Below, one piece after another: positions 23,397 to 36,927 of a stretch of 55,346 bases of DNA (positions within the stretch are counted from its first letter, which is position 1; the number at the start of each line of letters is the position of its first letter). The notes beneath the pieces were generated by a model. That model made no database searches. It saw only the letters and a list, made by a program, of their open reading frames with translations, and was not told the DNA's origin. This DNA is from Malacoraja senta. Lineage: Eukaryota. The position numbers and the translations under genes are program-made. The DNA lies in the NCBI GenBank assembly GCA_038087875.1, contig JAXLNO010002087.1:62001-117346 (forward strand), given 5' to 3'.

Positions 23397-24890
23397 TCAC
23401 CCCTTATGATTGGGCTCCCCAATCAGTTTGCAGTGGTGCAGATGAACCCATGCAGCACGACCCTCGACCTTGGCAGCGGTTGGAGTGGTGAGGAGGACCT
23501 GGAAGGGACCATCCCAACATGAGTCCAAGTGCTTACGCTTCCAGTTCCCGACCAGCACATAGCAACATGTCTCAATATTAAATGGAACTTTGAGTGCTGG
23601 CGCCTCACCATTTGCAGCCCTGACCTGTGAATGAGAAGTTCGCAAAGCACGGGTTAAAGTTAATACATAGGATGTCATTTCCTCAGTCATCTGGTAGAAA
23701 TGGACCGCTGCGGGGGCATGGAAATGGACCGCCTGGTCATTCCATGGCATCCGTAAAGGTCGACCATATATTATTTCTGCAGGCGTCAGTCGTGCCGTAC
23801 CAGAAGGAGTGGTCTGTATCTGAAAAAGAGCTACAGGAAGCAGTTTAAACCATGTTAAGCCAGTCTGTGCCACTAATTTAGCTAATTTGGTTTACAAAGT
23901 CTGATTTGCCCGTTCCACGAATCCGGCGGCCTGAGGTCTATATGCACAATGGAGCTGTTGATGTATCTGTAATTGTTGGCACATTTCTTTGTTTACTGCA
24001 GCAATAAAATGAGGACCTTTATCGGAAGTTAAACGCGCAGGAACAACGAATCGCGGTATGATTTCGCGTAACAATATTTTTACAATGGTAGACGCCTTAT
24101 TGTCAGTGGTCAGGTATGCATCAATCCATTTACTGAAAACATCGACAATTACAAGAACATACTTATAACACTGACACCTTTTCAACTCAATGTAGTCCAT
24201 TTGCAAGGTCTCAAATGGACCTGCTGGTAAAGGGATCTTACCTGGTTCACAGGGCAAGCCTTTACCTGGATTATGCTGCTGGCAAATCAGACATTGCTGG
24301 CTGACACGCTGGGCCAAGTCCAGAAGTTTTGGATGCCACCAGGTGTCTAAAAGCATATCATTTCCGGCCTTGGCACCACAATGAGTTGCAAAGTGTACAC
24401 ATTCAATAATCCATAACACAAGTTCATCAGACATGCAAGTCTGGCCTGCAGGCGTAACCCATAAGCTAGTGACAGGATCAAACACACAGCCCTGGTCCTG
24501 CCACAGCTGTTTTACCTGTGCAGGAGCATCCTCCTGTATTTGAAGTACTTCCTGGATGGTTGGCATTCCTTTTTCCGGGGGAGACTGATTCTTACTGGAA
24601 TTTTTAGTCTGCCTCATCATTCGGGGCACAACAACCTGGTTAGTCCAAGAAGCTTTTTTTAGCGGCACCATCCGCAAGGCGATTGCCGATATCTATAGGG
24701 CTCTGGCCTGATGTGTGGGCACGAACTTTAATAACTGCAAGCTGACTGGGCATTTGGATTGCCTGTAAAAGGTTGGAAACTAACTTCTGGTGTGAAATAA
24801 CTGTTCCTGATGAGGTCAGGAAGCCTCGATTTTTCCACAATTGCCCATAATCGTGAACGACTCCGAAAGCATACTGTAAATCAGTGTAAA
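23397..24890 (-). pseudogene. pol: ERV-A pol fragment (RNase H C-terminus plus integrase)
   Basis: HHCC (HFATH...CLIC), MDYIEL, VIVDVFSKW, LTSDKGPHF, AYRPQAAGFVERANQTL, WDGPFQVLLTTPTAAKV. Confidence 0.92.
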
Positions 24891-25255
24891 TATTTTACCT
24901 TATTACAGACACTAGGATTATTGTCAGATAATTTAAAATCAGGAAATGTTAGACATTTATCCTCTTTGGTTGTACAGATCATAACAGCATTCTTACTAGC
25001 ATTATATTTAATGTCATGTTCCACACCATACACAGAACATATAGTATGGAGCTGCTGGAGACCAGCGCTAGATGGACTAAAGATCACAAGATCATCTGCA
25101 TACATAATATGGTTCAGTAAAATATTACCAATCACGCACCCAGTGTTACAGGCCTTCAATTGTTCAGACAGATCATCAATATATAGATTAAAAAGGTCTG
25201 GGGACAAAATTCCCCCTTGTCTAACACCATTGGTATCCCCAAATGGATGTCCCAT
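24885..25255 (-). mobile_element. RTE-X-like LINE RT fragment
   Basis: TNGVRQGGILSPDLFNLYIDDLS...NHIMYADDLVIFS. Confidence 0.65.
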
Positions 25256-25480
25256 TAGGGTCTTTTTACCCTTACACTTCCTTAGTTCTATCCATACTGA
25301 CTCCACATCTCCTGTTTCAATGTCACCCCTTGCAAGGGACTGAATTTCATTCCTCACCAACAGAGCTACCCCAGCCCCTCTGCCCACCTGTCTGTCTATT
25401 CTATAGGAGATATATCCTTGAATATTCAGTTCCCATCACCAGCCCTCTTGCAGCCATGTCTCTGTAATTCCTACAACAAG
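25256..25480 (-). mobile_element. CR1 endonuclease fragment
   Basis: RGAGVALLVRNEI...VESVWIELRKCKGKKTLMG. Confidence 0.75.
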
Positions 25481-26094
25481 CCGTGCGCATGAGTTTAGTT
25501 TTACATTTAGAGATGCAGAGTGGAAACAGGCCCTTCAGCGCACCAAGTCTGCGAAGGATATTTAAAATAAAAGGGCTGTTTAAAGTTCACCAGCTGAAAC
25601 TTTTTATAAAAATCGAATTGGAAGGAAATGTGAAGAATCATAATGAAAATGTTCCCAAGAGCTGGCATCATTCCGGGGGAGCACATGGTAATTTTGATAA
25701 CCAATTCGACAGAGATATTTGGGTCTCCAATTCATGGTTCAAAGATGCAAAAAGTTGGGTCTTCAAGTGAAGCTTTGACTAAGTCAAACCCTATTTTAAA
25801 ATAATTTTAAATTAAAAGGAGTCTGCAGATGCTGTAAACGAGTTCACGTGGAAGAATAAGCAACGGTTAAACAAGCCAATTTATTTCATTTGAAGTGAAA
25901 ATGCAATTTGTCCAATTTAAACAAGTTTGCCTGAACCATGGATATTTGCCCAGCCTCAAAGATTCACGTTTTCTCACCCCATCAACAAAAAAAGCATGAT
26001 TAGTTCAAAACGGAATAGATTATTCTGCAGAGGCATCGTTTAAGACTCGGCTGAATCCAACATTCCTAAAGCACTATCATAATTAACTTGTTTA

Positions 26095-26215
26095 AGAAAG
26101 AACTGCACATGCTGGAAAAATCGAAGGTTGACAAAAATGCTGGAGAAACTCAGCGGATGAGGCAGCATGCATCTAGACGCTGCCTCACCTGCTGAGTTTC
26201 TCCAGCATTTTTGTC
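26095..26215. repeat. Penelope pLTR-derived hairpin
   Basis: AAAAATGCTGGAGAAACTCAGC...GCTGAGTTTCTCCAGCATTTTT inverted repeat. Confidence 0.8.
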
Positions 26216-26649
26216 TACCATAATTAACTCACTCCCTTCTCCCAGGAGATGGGTATATGGAACAAGCTGCCAGAGGAGGTAGTGGAGGCTGGTACAATGG
26301 CATTTAGAAGATACTTGGACAGGACTATTTGGATTAATTGTGTTTCTCTAATATACACGGAACTTTTTTTGCTGTATAATAAGGGTTTTACAGTGCAATA
26401 TGTTACACTACTGTTGTGCTGCTACGTAACCCACTCCATGACACACTGAGGAACACCTTCAGCAACAGACTGGTTCCACCAAGATGCAGCACAGAACGCC
26501 ACAGGAGATCCTGCTCCCCTATGGCTATCAAACTGTACAACTCCACCCCCTTCTGTCATGGGGTGGACTGACTAACCCCCTACCCCTCCCCAATCTTTGC
26601 ACATCCGCAATCCTCTCCACTCATCACTTTAATTTCATGTTTCATGTTT

Positions 26650-27000
26650 AGTTTAGTTTAGTTTAGTTTGGAGATACAGCGCAGAAACAGGCCCTTCGGC
26701 CCACCCGGTCCGTGGCAATCAGCGATCCCCGCACATTAACACTAACCAGCGATCATCCCGTACACTAGCACTACTCCACACACTAGGGACATTTACAATG
26801 TTACCAAAGCCAATTAACCTACAATCCTGTACGTCTTTGGTGTGTGGGAGAAAACCGAAGATCTCAGAGAAAACCCACGCAGGTCACGGGGAGAACGTAC
26901 AAACTCCGTATAGACAGCACCCGTAATCGGGATCGAACCTGGGTCTCCGGCGTGCATTTGCTGTAAGGCAGCAACACTACCGCTGCGCCACCATGACCGT
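26650..27000 (-). mobile_element. V-type SINE
   Basis: (TTTAG)n tail, V-domain and tRNA-like head on the minus strand. Confidence 0.85.
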
Positions 27001-27387
27001 CTTTATCTTGTATTGTAATGACTGTTGGCAGAACAATTTCCCTCCTTGGATAGATAAAGTTCTATCCTATCGTAAGTCAGCATTTAATAGTTCAGTTTGT
27101 GACATATGACAATAAAACATCTTGACAGGTACATGGATAGGATAGGTATGGAGAGATATGGAACAAATGCAGGCAGGAGGAACTAGTGTAGATGGGGCAT
27201 CTTGGTCAATGTGGGCAAGACAAAATGTGCAGGAACAGCAGATGCAGGTTTACACTGAAGATAGACACAAAATGCTGGAGTAACTCAGCAGGACAGGCAG
27301 ATTACAACTCAGCGATATGAATATTGATTTCTCCAACTTCAAGTAACCCTTGCCTTCCCTCTCTCTCCACCCATCCCCAACCCTAGT

Positions 27388-28140
27388 TAGAAACATAGAA
27401 AATAGGTGCAGGAGTAGGCCATTCGGCATTTCGAGCCTGTACGGCCATTTGATATGATCATGGCTGATCATCCAACTCAGTATCCCATCCCTGCCTTCTC
27501 TCCATACCGCCTGATCCCTTTAGCCACAAGGGCCACATCTAACTCCCTCTTAAATATAGCCAATGAACTGGCCTCAACTACCTTCTGTGGCAGAGAATTC
27601 CACAGATTCACCACTCTCTGTGTAAAAAATGATTTTCTCATCTCGGTCCTAAAAGACCTCCCTCTTATCCTTAAACTGTGACCCCCTAGTTCTGTACTTC
27701 CCCAATATCGGGAATAATCTTCCTGCATCTAGCCTGTCCAACCCCTTAAGAATTTTGTAAGTTTCTATAAGATCCCACCTTAATCTTCTGAATGCTAGCG
27801 TGTATAAGCCGAGTCTATCCAGTCTTTCTTCATATGAAAGTCCTGCCATCTCAAGAATCAGTCTGCTGAACCTTCTCTGTACACCCTCTATGGCAAGAAT
27901 GTATTTCCTCAGATTAGGAGACCAAAACTGTATGCAATACTCCAGGTGTGGTCTCACCAATACCCTGTACAACTGCAATAGAACCTCCCAGCTCTTATAC
28001 TCAAATCATTTTGCTATGAATGCTAACATACCATTTGCTTTCTTCACTGCCTGCTGCACCTGCATTCCTACTTTCAATGACTGGTGTGCCATGACACCCA
28101 GGTCTCGTTGCATCTCCCCTTTTCCTAATCAGCCACCATT
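27388..28140 (-). mobile_element. CR1 3' fragment, same family as 11884-14047
   Basis: ORFs 27649-27978 and 27477-27728; AGAAACATAGAAAATAGGTGC tail. Confidence 0.9.
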
Positions 28141-28315
28141 CTCCAACTAGCTTCATTGTCCTGTGAAACGTCACCTATCCATGTTCTACACAGATGCTGC
28201 CTGACCCGCTGAGTTACTCCAGCAATCTGTGAAACGTCACCTACCCATGTTCTCCACAGATGCTGCCTGACCCGCTGAGTTACTCCAGCACTCCGTGAAA
28301 TGTCATCTATCCATG

Positions 28316-29930
28316 TTATAACCATATAACCATATAACAATTACAGCACGGAAACATGCCATCTCGGCCCTTCTAGTCCGTGCCGAACACTTATTTTCCC
28401 CTAGTCCCATCTACCTGCACTCAGACCATGACCCTCCATTCCTTTCCCATCCATATACCTATCCAATTTATTTTTAAGTGATAAAATCGAACCTGCCTCC
28501 ACCACTTCCACTGGAAGCTCATTCCGCACAGCTACCACTCTCTGAGTAAAGGAGTTCCCCCTCATGTTACCCCTAATCTTCTGTTCCTTAATTCTCAAGT
28601 CATGTCCTCTTGTTTGAATCTTCCCTACTCTCAATGGGAAAAGCTTATCCACGTCAACTCTGTCTATCCCTCTCATCATTTAAAGACCTCTATCAAGTCC
28701 CCCTTAACGTTCTGCGTTCCAAAGAATAAAGACCTAACTTGTTCGACCTTTCTCTGTAACTTAGTTGTTGAAACTCAGGCAACATTCTAGTAAACCTCCT
28801 CTGTACTCCCTCTATTTTGTTGACATCCTCCCTATAATTAGCCGACCAAAATTGTACACCATACTCCAGAATTGGCCTCACCAATGCCTTGTACAATTTT
28901 AACATTCCATTCCAGCTTCTATACTCAATGCTCTGATTTATGAAGGCCAGCACACCAAAAGCTTTCTTTCCCACCCTATTTACATGAGATTCCACCTTCA
29001 GGGAACTATGCACAGTTATTCCTAGATCCCTCTGTTCAACTGCATTGCTCAATTCGCTACCATTTACCATGTACGTCCTATTTTGATTTGTCCTGCCAAG
29101 ATGTAGCACCTCACACTTATCTGCATTAAACTCCATCTGCTATCTTTCAGCCGACTCTTCCAAATGGCCTAAATATCTCTGTAGACTTTGAAAATCGACT
29201 TCATTATCCGCAACACCACCTATCTTAGTATCATCTGCATACTTACTAATCCAATTTACCACACCACCATCCAGATCATTAATGTAGATGACAAACAACA
29301 GTGGACCCAACACAGATCCCTGAGGCACCCCACTAGTCACCGGCCTCCAACCTGACAAACAGCCATCCACCATTACTCTCTGGCATCTCCCATTCAGCCA
29401 CTGTTGAATCCATCTTGCTACTCCACCATTAATACCCAACCATTGAACTTTCTTAACCAACCCTCCATGAGGAACCTTGTCAAAGGCCTTACTGAAGTCC
29501 ATATAGACAACATCCACTGCTTTACCCTCATCAATTTCCCCAGTAACCTTTTCAAAAAATTCAAGATTAGTCAAACATGACCTTCCAGGCACAAATCCAT
29601 GTTGACTGTTCCTAATCAGATCCTGTAGATCCAGATGCTTATATATATTATCTCTAAGTATCCTTTCCATTAATTTGCCCACCACTGACGTCAAACTAAC
29701 AGGTCTATAATTGCTAGGTTTACTCTTAGAACCCTTTTAATACAATGGAACAACATGCGCAGTACGCCATCCTCCGGCACTATTCCCGTTTCTAATGGCA
29801 TTTGAAATATTTCTGTCATAGCCCCTGCTATTTCTACACTAACTTCCCTCAAGACTTATCCACTTTTATATATTTTTTAAAGTGTCAGTACTTCCTCTTC
29901 TTTTAATCTCATAGTTTCCATAGCTTTTCT
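28316..29930 (-). mobile_element. CR1 LINE fragment of a second subfamily, (ATGGTTAT)n tail
   Basis: ORFs 29140-29694 (DFSKAFDKV, QGSVLGP, KYADD), 28693-29136 and 28401-28679. Confidence 0.9.
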
Positions 29931-31016
29931 ACTTGTTTCCCTTACCTCACATAATTCAATATCCTTCTCCAGAGATGTTCTCCAGAGATGCTCCCTAACA
30001 TTTGTCGTTTCAGGTCAGGACCCTTCCGGTTTGAGTGGGCCAGTGGAGTAGAGAAGCCAAGGCATTTGTTGCACCAACAGTGGATATAAAAAGGTCCAGA
30101 GAGGGTAGAAGGGTGGGTAGGGGGAGAGGCGGGGGGGGGGGGGGGGATGTTGAAGACTGGAGACAGGATTGTCACTGGATGGATAGGATTCTCTCCCATA
30201 AAGAAAAGCTCAGAGGTGGCAGTAGAGCCCTACGTCCCTATGTTCCCAATGTAGGGAGTCCAGAACCAGGGGGTCACAGTTTAAGAATAAGACTCGCTGA
30301 GTCACTCCACCTTTTATCTTGGTCTATTAATGGATTCAAATCTACCTTAGATCTCCTTTTATCATCCTGCTTGGCACTCTCCACCGGCATTTTTGATACA
30401 GGTTCCTTTGTTTCTAAATACATAGAGTGAATTTTAAAGCTCTGATCTGTTCAATATCTCGCAAACTGTGAACCCACTTCAAGTTTATGGATGGAATGGA
30501 GCCCGTCCGTCTCTCATGGTTACGGATGCAGTTCATTGTGATGTCGCCGGCCAGGCACATTATGAGGTCACCTCTGATTATGATGGTTTACAAACTTGCG
30601 ATCTTATGAATGGAAGGCCGGCCCAGAAGGGAATAAACCACTTCACCATATGACCACAGGTCACAGTGGTTATAACCAACTGGACTCAAGTGTTAGATAC
30701 AAGGAACTCAGTTCAATTGAGTTTATTGTCACGTGTACGGAGAAATGCTTTTTGTCGCATGTTAAAAACAGTTAGCAGAAAGACATTGCATGATTACAAT
30801 CGAGCCATTTGCAATGTATAGATACATGGTAAAGGAATAACGTTTAGTGCAAGGTAAAGCCAGCAAGGATAGTCCGAGGGTCACCAATGAGGTAGATAGT
30901 AGTTCAGAACTGCTCTCTGGTTGTGGTAGGATGCTTTAGTTGCCTGGTAACAGCTGGGAAGAAACTGTCCCTGAATCTGGAGGTGTGCGTTTTCACACTC
31001 CTGTACCTTTCCTAAT

Positions 31017-31535
31017 TTGCAGAAGGACATTCTTACTATTGAGGGAGTGCAGCGTAAGTTCACCAGGTCAATATCCGGGGTGGCGAGACTTACGTATGAT
31101 GAAAGAATGGGTAGACTGGGCTTGAATTCGCTGGAAATGAGAAGGATGAGAGGGTATCTTATGAAAACATATAACATTCTTAAAGGAGTTAAGGCTAGAT
31201 GCAGGAACAATGTTCCCGATGTTCGGGGAGTCCAGAACCTGGGGTCACAGTTTAAGAATAACGGGTTAGGCCATTTAGGACTCAGAAGAGGGAAAACATT
31301 TTCACGCAGAAAATCTGTAGAATTCTCTGCCACAGAAGGCAGTGGAGGTCAATTCACTGGATGTTTTCAAGTGAGTGTTGGATGTGGCTCTTTGGGCTAA
31401 GAGAATCAAGGGATATGGGGAGATAGCAGGAATGGGGTATTGATTTTGGATGATCAGCCAAAATCCTATTGTAAGGCGGTGCTGGCTCGAAGGGCCGAAT
31501 GGCCTACTCCTGCACCTATTTTCTATGTTTCTACG
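31017..31535 (+). mobile_element. CR1 3' fragment
   Basis: ILTIEGVQRKFTR..., CR1 3' UTR and TCTATGTTTCTAC tail. Confidence 0.85.
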
Positions 31536-31674
31536 TCATGGTGAGTCCAGCACTCGTTGACGTCTGGTCCTGAAGACGGGTCCTGAACCAAAACATCACC
31601 CACTCATGTTCTCCAGAGATGCTGCTCAACCCGCTGAGTTACTCCAGCACAAACAATATTAAATCTCAAGTGTT

Positions 31675-32660
31675 TTCATTTCGAGATACAGTGTGGCAAC
31701 GGGCCCTTTGGCCCACCGAGTCCACGCCGACCAGTATTCACCTCTACACCCTCACTATCCTACACACTGGGGACTTTTTACCAAAGCCAATTAACCTACA
31801 AACCTGCACGTCTTTGGAGTGTGGGAGGAAACCGGAGCATCCGTAGAAAACCCACGCTGGTCACGAGGGGAACATACAAACTCTGTACAGACTGCACCTG
31901 GGTCTCCGGCGCAGTGACGCAGCAACTCTACTGCTGAGCCACACTGCCATGTTGGGGAAAAATACTTTAAAAACAGTAGAATATTTTTGCCATTTGCCAA
32001 ATGAGAGTTGTCTATAGTCAAAGAGTGTGTAGTTTGTTCCTGGCATGAAAATACTTCTGCTTTATCAGTTTCACGCTTAACTCTATAAACCTAAAGACTC
32101 CATTGTTGGAATGCAATTCAATATTTGACAAATCTGAACACCTTAACAGACAGATATAAAGCACACGGAGGGATTACTGGCGTACATTTTCCCTTTGTAG
32201 TCCCTGTGGCAGAGGGTTTTTCTGATGTTCTAAGCCATGCCAATCCAGATATGATTGAATGACGGAGAGGACTTGATGTACCAAATGGAGAAGGAACATC
32301 TCATTGGGTTTTAAAGTTTGCAGAGGGCTGACATACAACTTCCTTAGCATCAAGTGAATTGATCAACATGGTGGCGCAGCGATAGACTAAGAGTTGCTGC
32401 CTCACAGTGCCAGAGACCCGGGTTCGATCCTGTCTACGTGTGCGTGTAGTTTGTACGTTCTCCCTGTGACCCACGTGGGATTCCTTCCGGTGCTCTGGTT
32501 TCCTCCCACATTCTAGAGATGTGCCAGTGTGTAGGTTAATTGACGTCTGTAAATTGCCCCTAGTGTGAAGGATATAGGACTAGTGTACAGGTGATCGTTG
32601 GTTGGCGTGGGCTCGGTGGGAGGAAGGGCCTGTTTTCACGCCATCTCTCTAAAACAAACT
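31675..32660. mobile_element. Two V-type SINEs (-, 31675-31950; +, 32365-32660)
   Basis: V-domain and tRNA-like heads. Confidence 0.8.
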
Positions 32661-32929
32661 ATTGCCGTTACTTCGTTGGTCTCAGTTTAACATTGCTTGT
32701 GAAAGTCAGCAAAGTACAAGATTCTTTCTATAGCCCGCAGACCAGTGAGCCCATGTGTTCATATCTTTAACCAGACAGTCAGAACTTTTTTAGTTTAGTT
32801 TAGAGATACAGCACAGAATCAGGCGCTTCAGCCCACCGCGTCCACGTCAACCAGCGATACCCGTGCATTAAACTACCCCACGCACACTAGGGACAATTTA
32901 CATTTATACCAAATTAACCTACTCTCTAG

Positions 32930-34600
32930 ACTGACATTTTCAACCTGTCACATGCCCAAGCAGTTGTCCCCACGTGCCTTAAAACCACCTCCCTCGTGCC
33001 GGTGCCAAAACACTCCACTGCGGCGAGCCTCAACGACTTCTGCCCAGTTGCACTTACTCCCATCATCACTAAGTGCTTCGAGAGGCTGGTCCTGGCACAC
33101 CTCAAAGGCTGCCTACCTCCCACACTGGATCCCTATCAGTTCGCCTACCGCAAGAACAGGAGTACGGAGGATGCCATCTCAACGGCACTTCACTCCGCCC
33201 TCTCCCACCTCGACAACAGAGACACCTACGTGAGAATGCTGTTCATCTCAGCATTTAACATAATTATCCCCTCAAAACTGATGACCAAACTCAGCGACCT
33301 GGGCATCGACCCCTCTCTCTGCAACTGGATACTGGACTTTCTAACCAACAGACCCCAGTCTGTTAGGTCAGACAACCATACCTCTTCAACCCTCACCCTG
33401 AACACCGGCGTTCCACAGGGCTGTGTGCTGAGCCCCCTCCTCTACTATTGTATTGTATATCTTTATTGTCATTTCCTGAGTATTCGCATACCCAGAGGAA
33501 ACAAAAAAACGTTCCTCAACCAGTGTCCATTTCAGTGTGCAGTGAAAAATAAATAGAAGTAAAAATACATATATCATGAACAAATTAACACTGTACTCTA
33601 CTAAATATCAACAGGCGTTCCGATCGGCAGCGGCATGACAGTGGCTCTGCTGCAGTGTGTCCAGGTTCGTGGTTGGTGCACGATACTTTGGCAGGGGACA
33701 AAGTCCGTTTATCAGTCTTATAACCTGCGGGAAGAAGCTGAGGAGCATCCTGCTGGTTTTGCACCTAATGCTCCGGTACCTCTTCCCAGATGGCAGGATG
33801 GAGAATATGTGATGCGATGGGTGGTAGGGGTCTTTGATGATGGAGATGGCTCTGCTGATACATCTCTTCCTGTATATGTCCAGCAGGAAAGGGAGTGGAG
33901 CACCAATAATCCTGCTGGCGGTCTTCACAATCCTGTCTAGTTGGTGCCGTTCGTACGCCTTGCAGCTCCCGAACCAGGAAGTGATGCCGGAGGTTAATGT
34001 GCTCTCGATTGTCCTCCTATAAAAAGTTCGTAGGTGTGTAGTGGGGAGACCTGCTTTACGTAGTCTTCGGAGAGGGTGTAGTCGCTGCTGGGCTCTCTTG
34101 ACCAGTGCTGTGGTGTTGGTCGTGGACGTCAGGTCATCTGACAGGTGGAGTCCTAGAAACTTCACGCTGTTGACCCTTTCCACATCAGCTCCATCGATGT
34201 GCAGAGGTGTATGGTGTTGTTTTCCCGCCCTCCTGAAGTCAACCACCATCTCCTTAGTTTTTCCCACGTTGAGAATGAGGTTGTGGGATTTGCACCATCC
34301 TACTCCCTCTTCACTTATGACTGCACACCTGTACATGGTACTAACACCATCATCAAGTATGCAGATGATACAACAGTGATTGCCTCATCAGCAACAACGA
34401 TGAGTCGGCCTATAGGGAGGAGGTCCAGCTCCTAGCAGCATGGTGCGCTGACAACAACCTGGCCTGTAACTACAAGAAGACCAAGGAGCTCATTGTGGAC
34501 TACAGAAGGTCTAGGGGCGGCACGCACACCCCCATCCACATTAACGGGACGGAGGTGGAACGTGTTTCCAGCTTCAGGTTTCTGGGGGTCAACATCTCTG
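32930..34600. mobile_element. Rex1/Babar RT fragment (+, 32930-33446 and 34288-34600) with a nested Rex-type element of another family (-, 33447-34287)
   Basis: ...[13 protein letters not shown] stops at 33446 and resumes YSLFTYDC...KYADD at ~34290; CTACT on both sides; inner ORF 33608-34336. Confidence 0.85.
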
Positions 34601-35212
34601 TTGTTCCATTATTCTATGTTCACTCTTCTGGGTGAGATGCTAACTGCATTTCGCTGTCTCTGTACTCTACACTGCACAATGACAATAAAGATTGATTCTG
34701 AATCTGAAACCTACATGTCTTTGGATTGTGGGAGAAAACTGAAGATCTCGGAAAAAAAACCCACGCAGGTCAAGGGGAAAATGTACAAATCTGTACTGAC
34801 AGCACCCGTAGTCAGGATCGAACCCGGGTCTCTGGCACTGCAACCAGTGTAAGCAAAGAACTCTACCACTGCGCCACCGTGCCCGCCCCTTTTCTCCAGG
34901 ACAGAGATGGAATACTAGAGGGCATAGCTTTAACGAGAGTGGGGCAAAGTTTAAAGATGTGTGGAGCAAGTTATAAGAGGTTAGAGTGCATCTTGAGTGT
35001 GTTGCCAGGGGTGGTGGAGGCAGATACAACAGTGGCATTTAACAGGTTTTTGGATAGGCAGGGAATGGAGGGATAATGATAATGTGCAGACAGATAAGAG
35101 TTGGCAGTGGTGTCACGTTTAGCACAGGCATTGTAGGCCGAAGGGGCGATTCCTGTGTTGTACTGTTCTATGTTTTAAACCTCAGGTTATCAATCTTTAT
35201 GTTTAACAAAGG

Positions 35213-36852
35213 GTTTGGTGGGGAAGGGAATGAGATGAGTTAAGACAAGCTGATTTAAACTTTAGCGATATAGAGTGGAAACTGGCCTTTCGGCCCACCG
35301 AGACCACACCGACCAGCGATCACCCCGTACGCTAGCACTACCCTGCGCACTAGGGACAATTTACAAATTTTCCAAAGCCAATTAACCTTGAAAACCTGCA
35401 GGTCTGTGGCGTGTGGGAGAAAACCGGAGCACCCGGAGAAAACCCACGCTGTCACAGGAAGAAAGTACAGGCAGCATCCCCGGTCAGGATTGACCCAGGG
35501 TCTCTGGCGCTGTAAGGCAGCAACTCCATCGCTGCGCCACCGTGCCGCCCAAATAGTTGCACATCAGATTAGACAAGTTAGGAAGAAGAACGTGTCCAAC
35601 ATTGTAGATTCAATTGCGGAGTTCAATTACTTCAGGCATATATAAATGCTAGGCGCCGCTGTTATAACCATATAACCATATAACAATTACAACAATTTTG
35701 GTTGTTGAGTAGAGCAACTACTCGTGAATAAAAAACTGCTGTGACAGTCCGGAGACGCCTTCCAGAGGGTAGTGATTTAAATAGTTTGTGGCCAGGGTGA
35801 GAGGGGTCAGAGATGATCTTACCCGCTCGCTTCCTGGCCCTTGCAGTGTACAGTTCATCAATGGAGGGAAGGTTGCAGCCAATAACCTTCTCTGCTGATC
35901 GGACTATTCGCTGCAGCCTCCAGGTGTCGTGCTTGGTGACTGAGCCAAACCAGACCATGATGGGGATGGTGAGAACAGACTCTACGATGGTCGTGTAGAA
36001 TTGGACCATCATTGCCTGTGGCAGATTGTGTTTCCTCAGCTGCCGCAGGAAGTACATCATCTGTTGTGCCTGTTTGACTGTGGAGTCCATGGTAGCCCCC
36101 CACTTATGGTCCTTGGAGATGATGGTTCCCAGGAACTTAAAAGATTCCACAGATGTGACTGTGGTGTTGTTGATGGTGAGTGGGGTGAGGGGAGGGGGAG
36201 CTCTCCTAAAGTCTACAATCAATTCCACTGTCTTAAGAGAATTGAGCTCCAGGTTGTTGCTACGGCACCAGGACGCCAGCTGTGACACTTGATGTCTGTA
36301 GGCCGATTCCTCCCCATCCTGGATCAGTCCAATCAGGGTTGTGTTGTCCGCAAACTTGAGAAGCTTGACTGACAGAGGTGAAGTCGTTGGTGTAGAGAGC
36401 GTAGAGGAGAGGAGAAAGTACGCAGCCTTGCGGTGCTCCTATGCTGAGTGTTTACGGGTCCCAGATGTACTTTCCCAGCCAAAGTAAGTCAAATGAGCAC
36501 TGGTGGGTGAAGAGTTGTAAACTAAGACCCTTGGACAGGTGAGTGGACAAGACAGGTTTAGAGGGGACAATGGACACAAGTGTGTGGGCCTTTGGTACCT
36601 TCTCAAGATGGCGTCTTGAACGGCGGGACCTTAACAAGATGGCCGCCGGCATCCGACCAATCATCGGCGCCGACCTCACATGCCCTCACCAGGATGGCCG
36701 CCATCAACCCCTCACAAAGATGGCCGCCGGCATCCGACCAATCAGCGGTGGCGATCTCACCTGCCCTCACCAAGATGGCCACCGACATCCGACCAATCAG
36801 TGGCGCTGACCTCACCACGATGGCCGCCATCAACCCCTCATAAAGATGGCCG
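35213..36852. repeat. Segmental duplicate of positions 1-1617 (spacer + SINE + spacer + Rex element)
   Basis: Near-identical sequence including the unique spacer AAATAGTTGCACATCAGATTAGAC...; 208-aa ORFs 450-1076 and 35662-36288 differ at few residues. Confidence 0.95.
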
Positions 36853-36927
36853 ATGGAACTCTGCCACAGAAGGGATCAGGGGGTACGGAGAGAAGGCAGG
36901 TACAGGATACTGAGTTGGATGATCAGC

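Larger units (their letters stand above)
19619..24890 (-). mobile_element. ERV-A: 5'-truncated, defective epsilon/class I-like endogenous retrovirus (RNase H-IN-env-spacer-3' LTR)
   Basis: RNase H (NIYTDLQYAFG...WKNRGFLTSSG...KVRAH...GNRLADGAAK), integrase, env and LTR all collinear on the minus strand. Confidence 0.9.

Noticed and set aside
25483-25770. 95-aa plus-strand ORF in unique sequence
   Set aside because: No motifs and no splice context; likely chance
30440-30660. CpG-containing unique segment (contains GYGC in one frame) as an MHC alpha2 exon
   Set aside because: That frame stops four codons later, no usable splice sites, and no other alpha2 motifs
32100-32365. ~65-codon open frame on minus (MLRKLYVSPLQ...RENVRQ)
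   Set aside because: No recognisable homology and no convincing splice context
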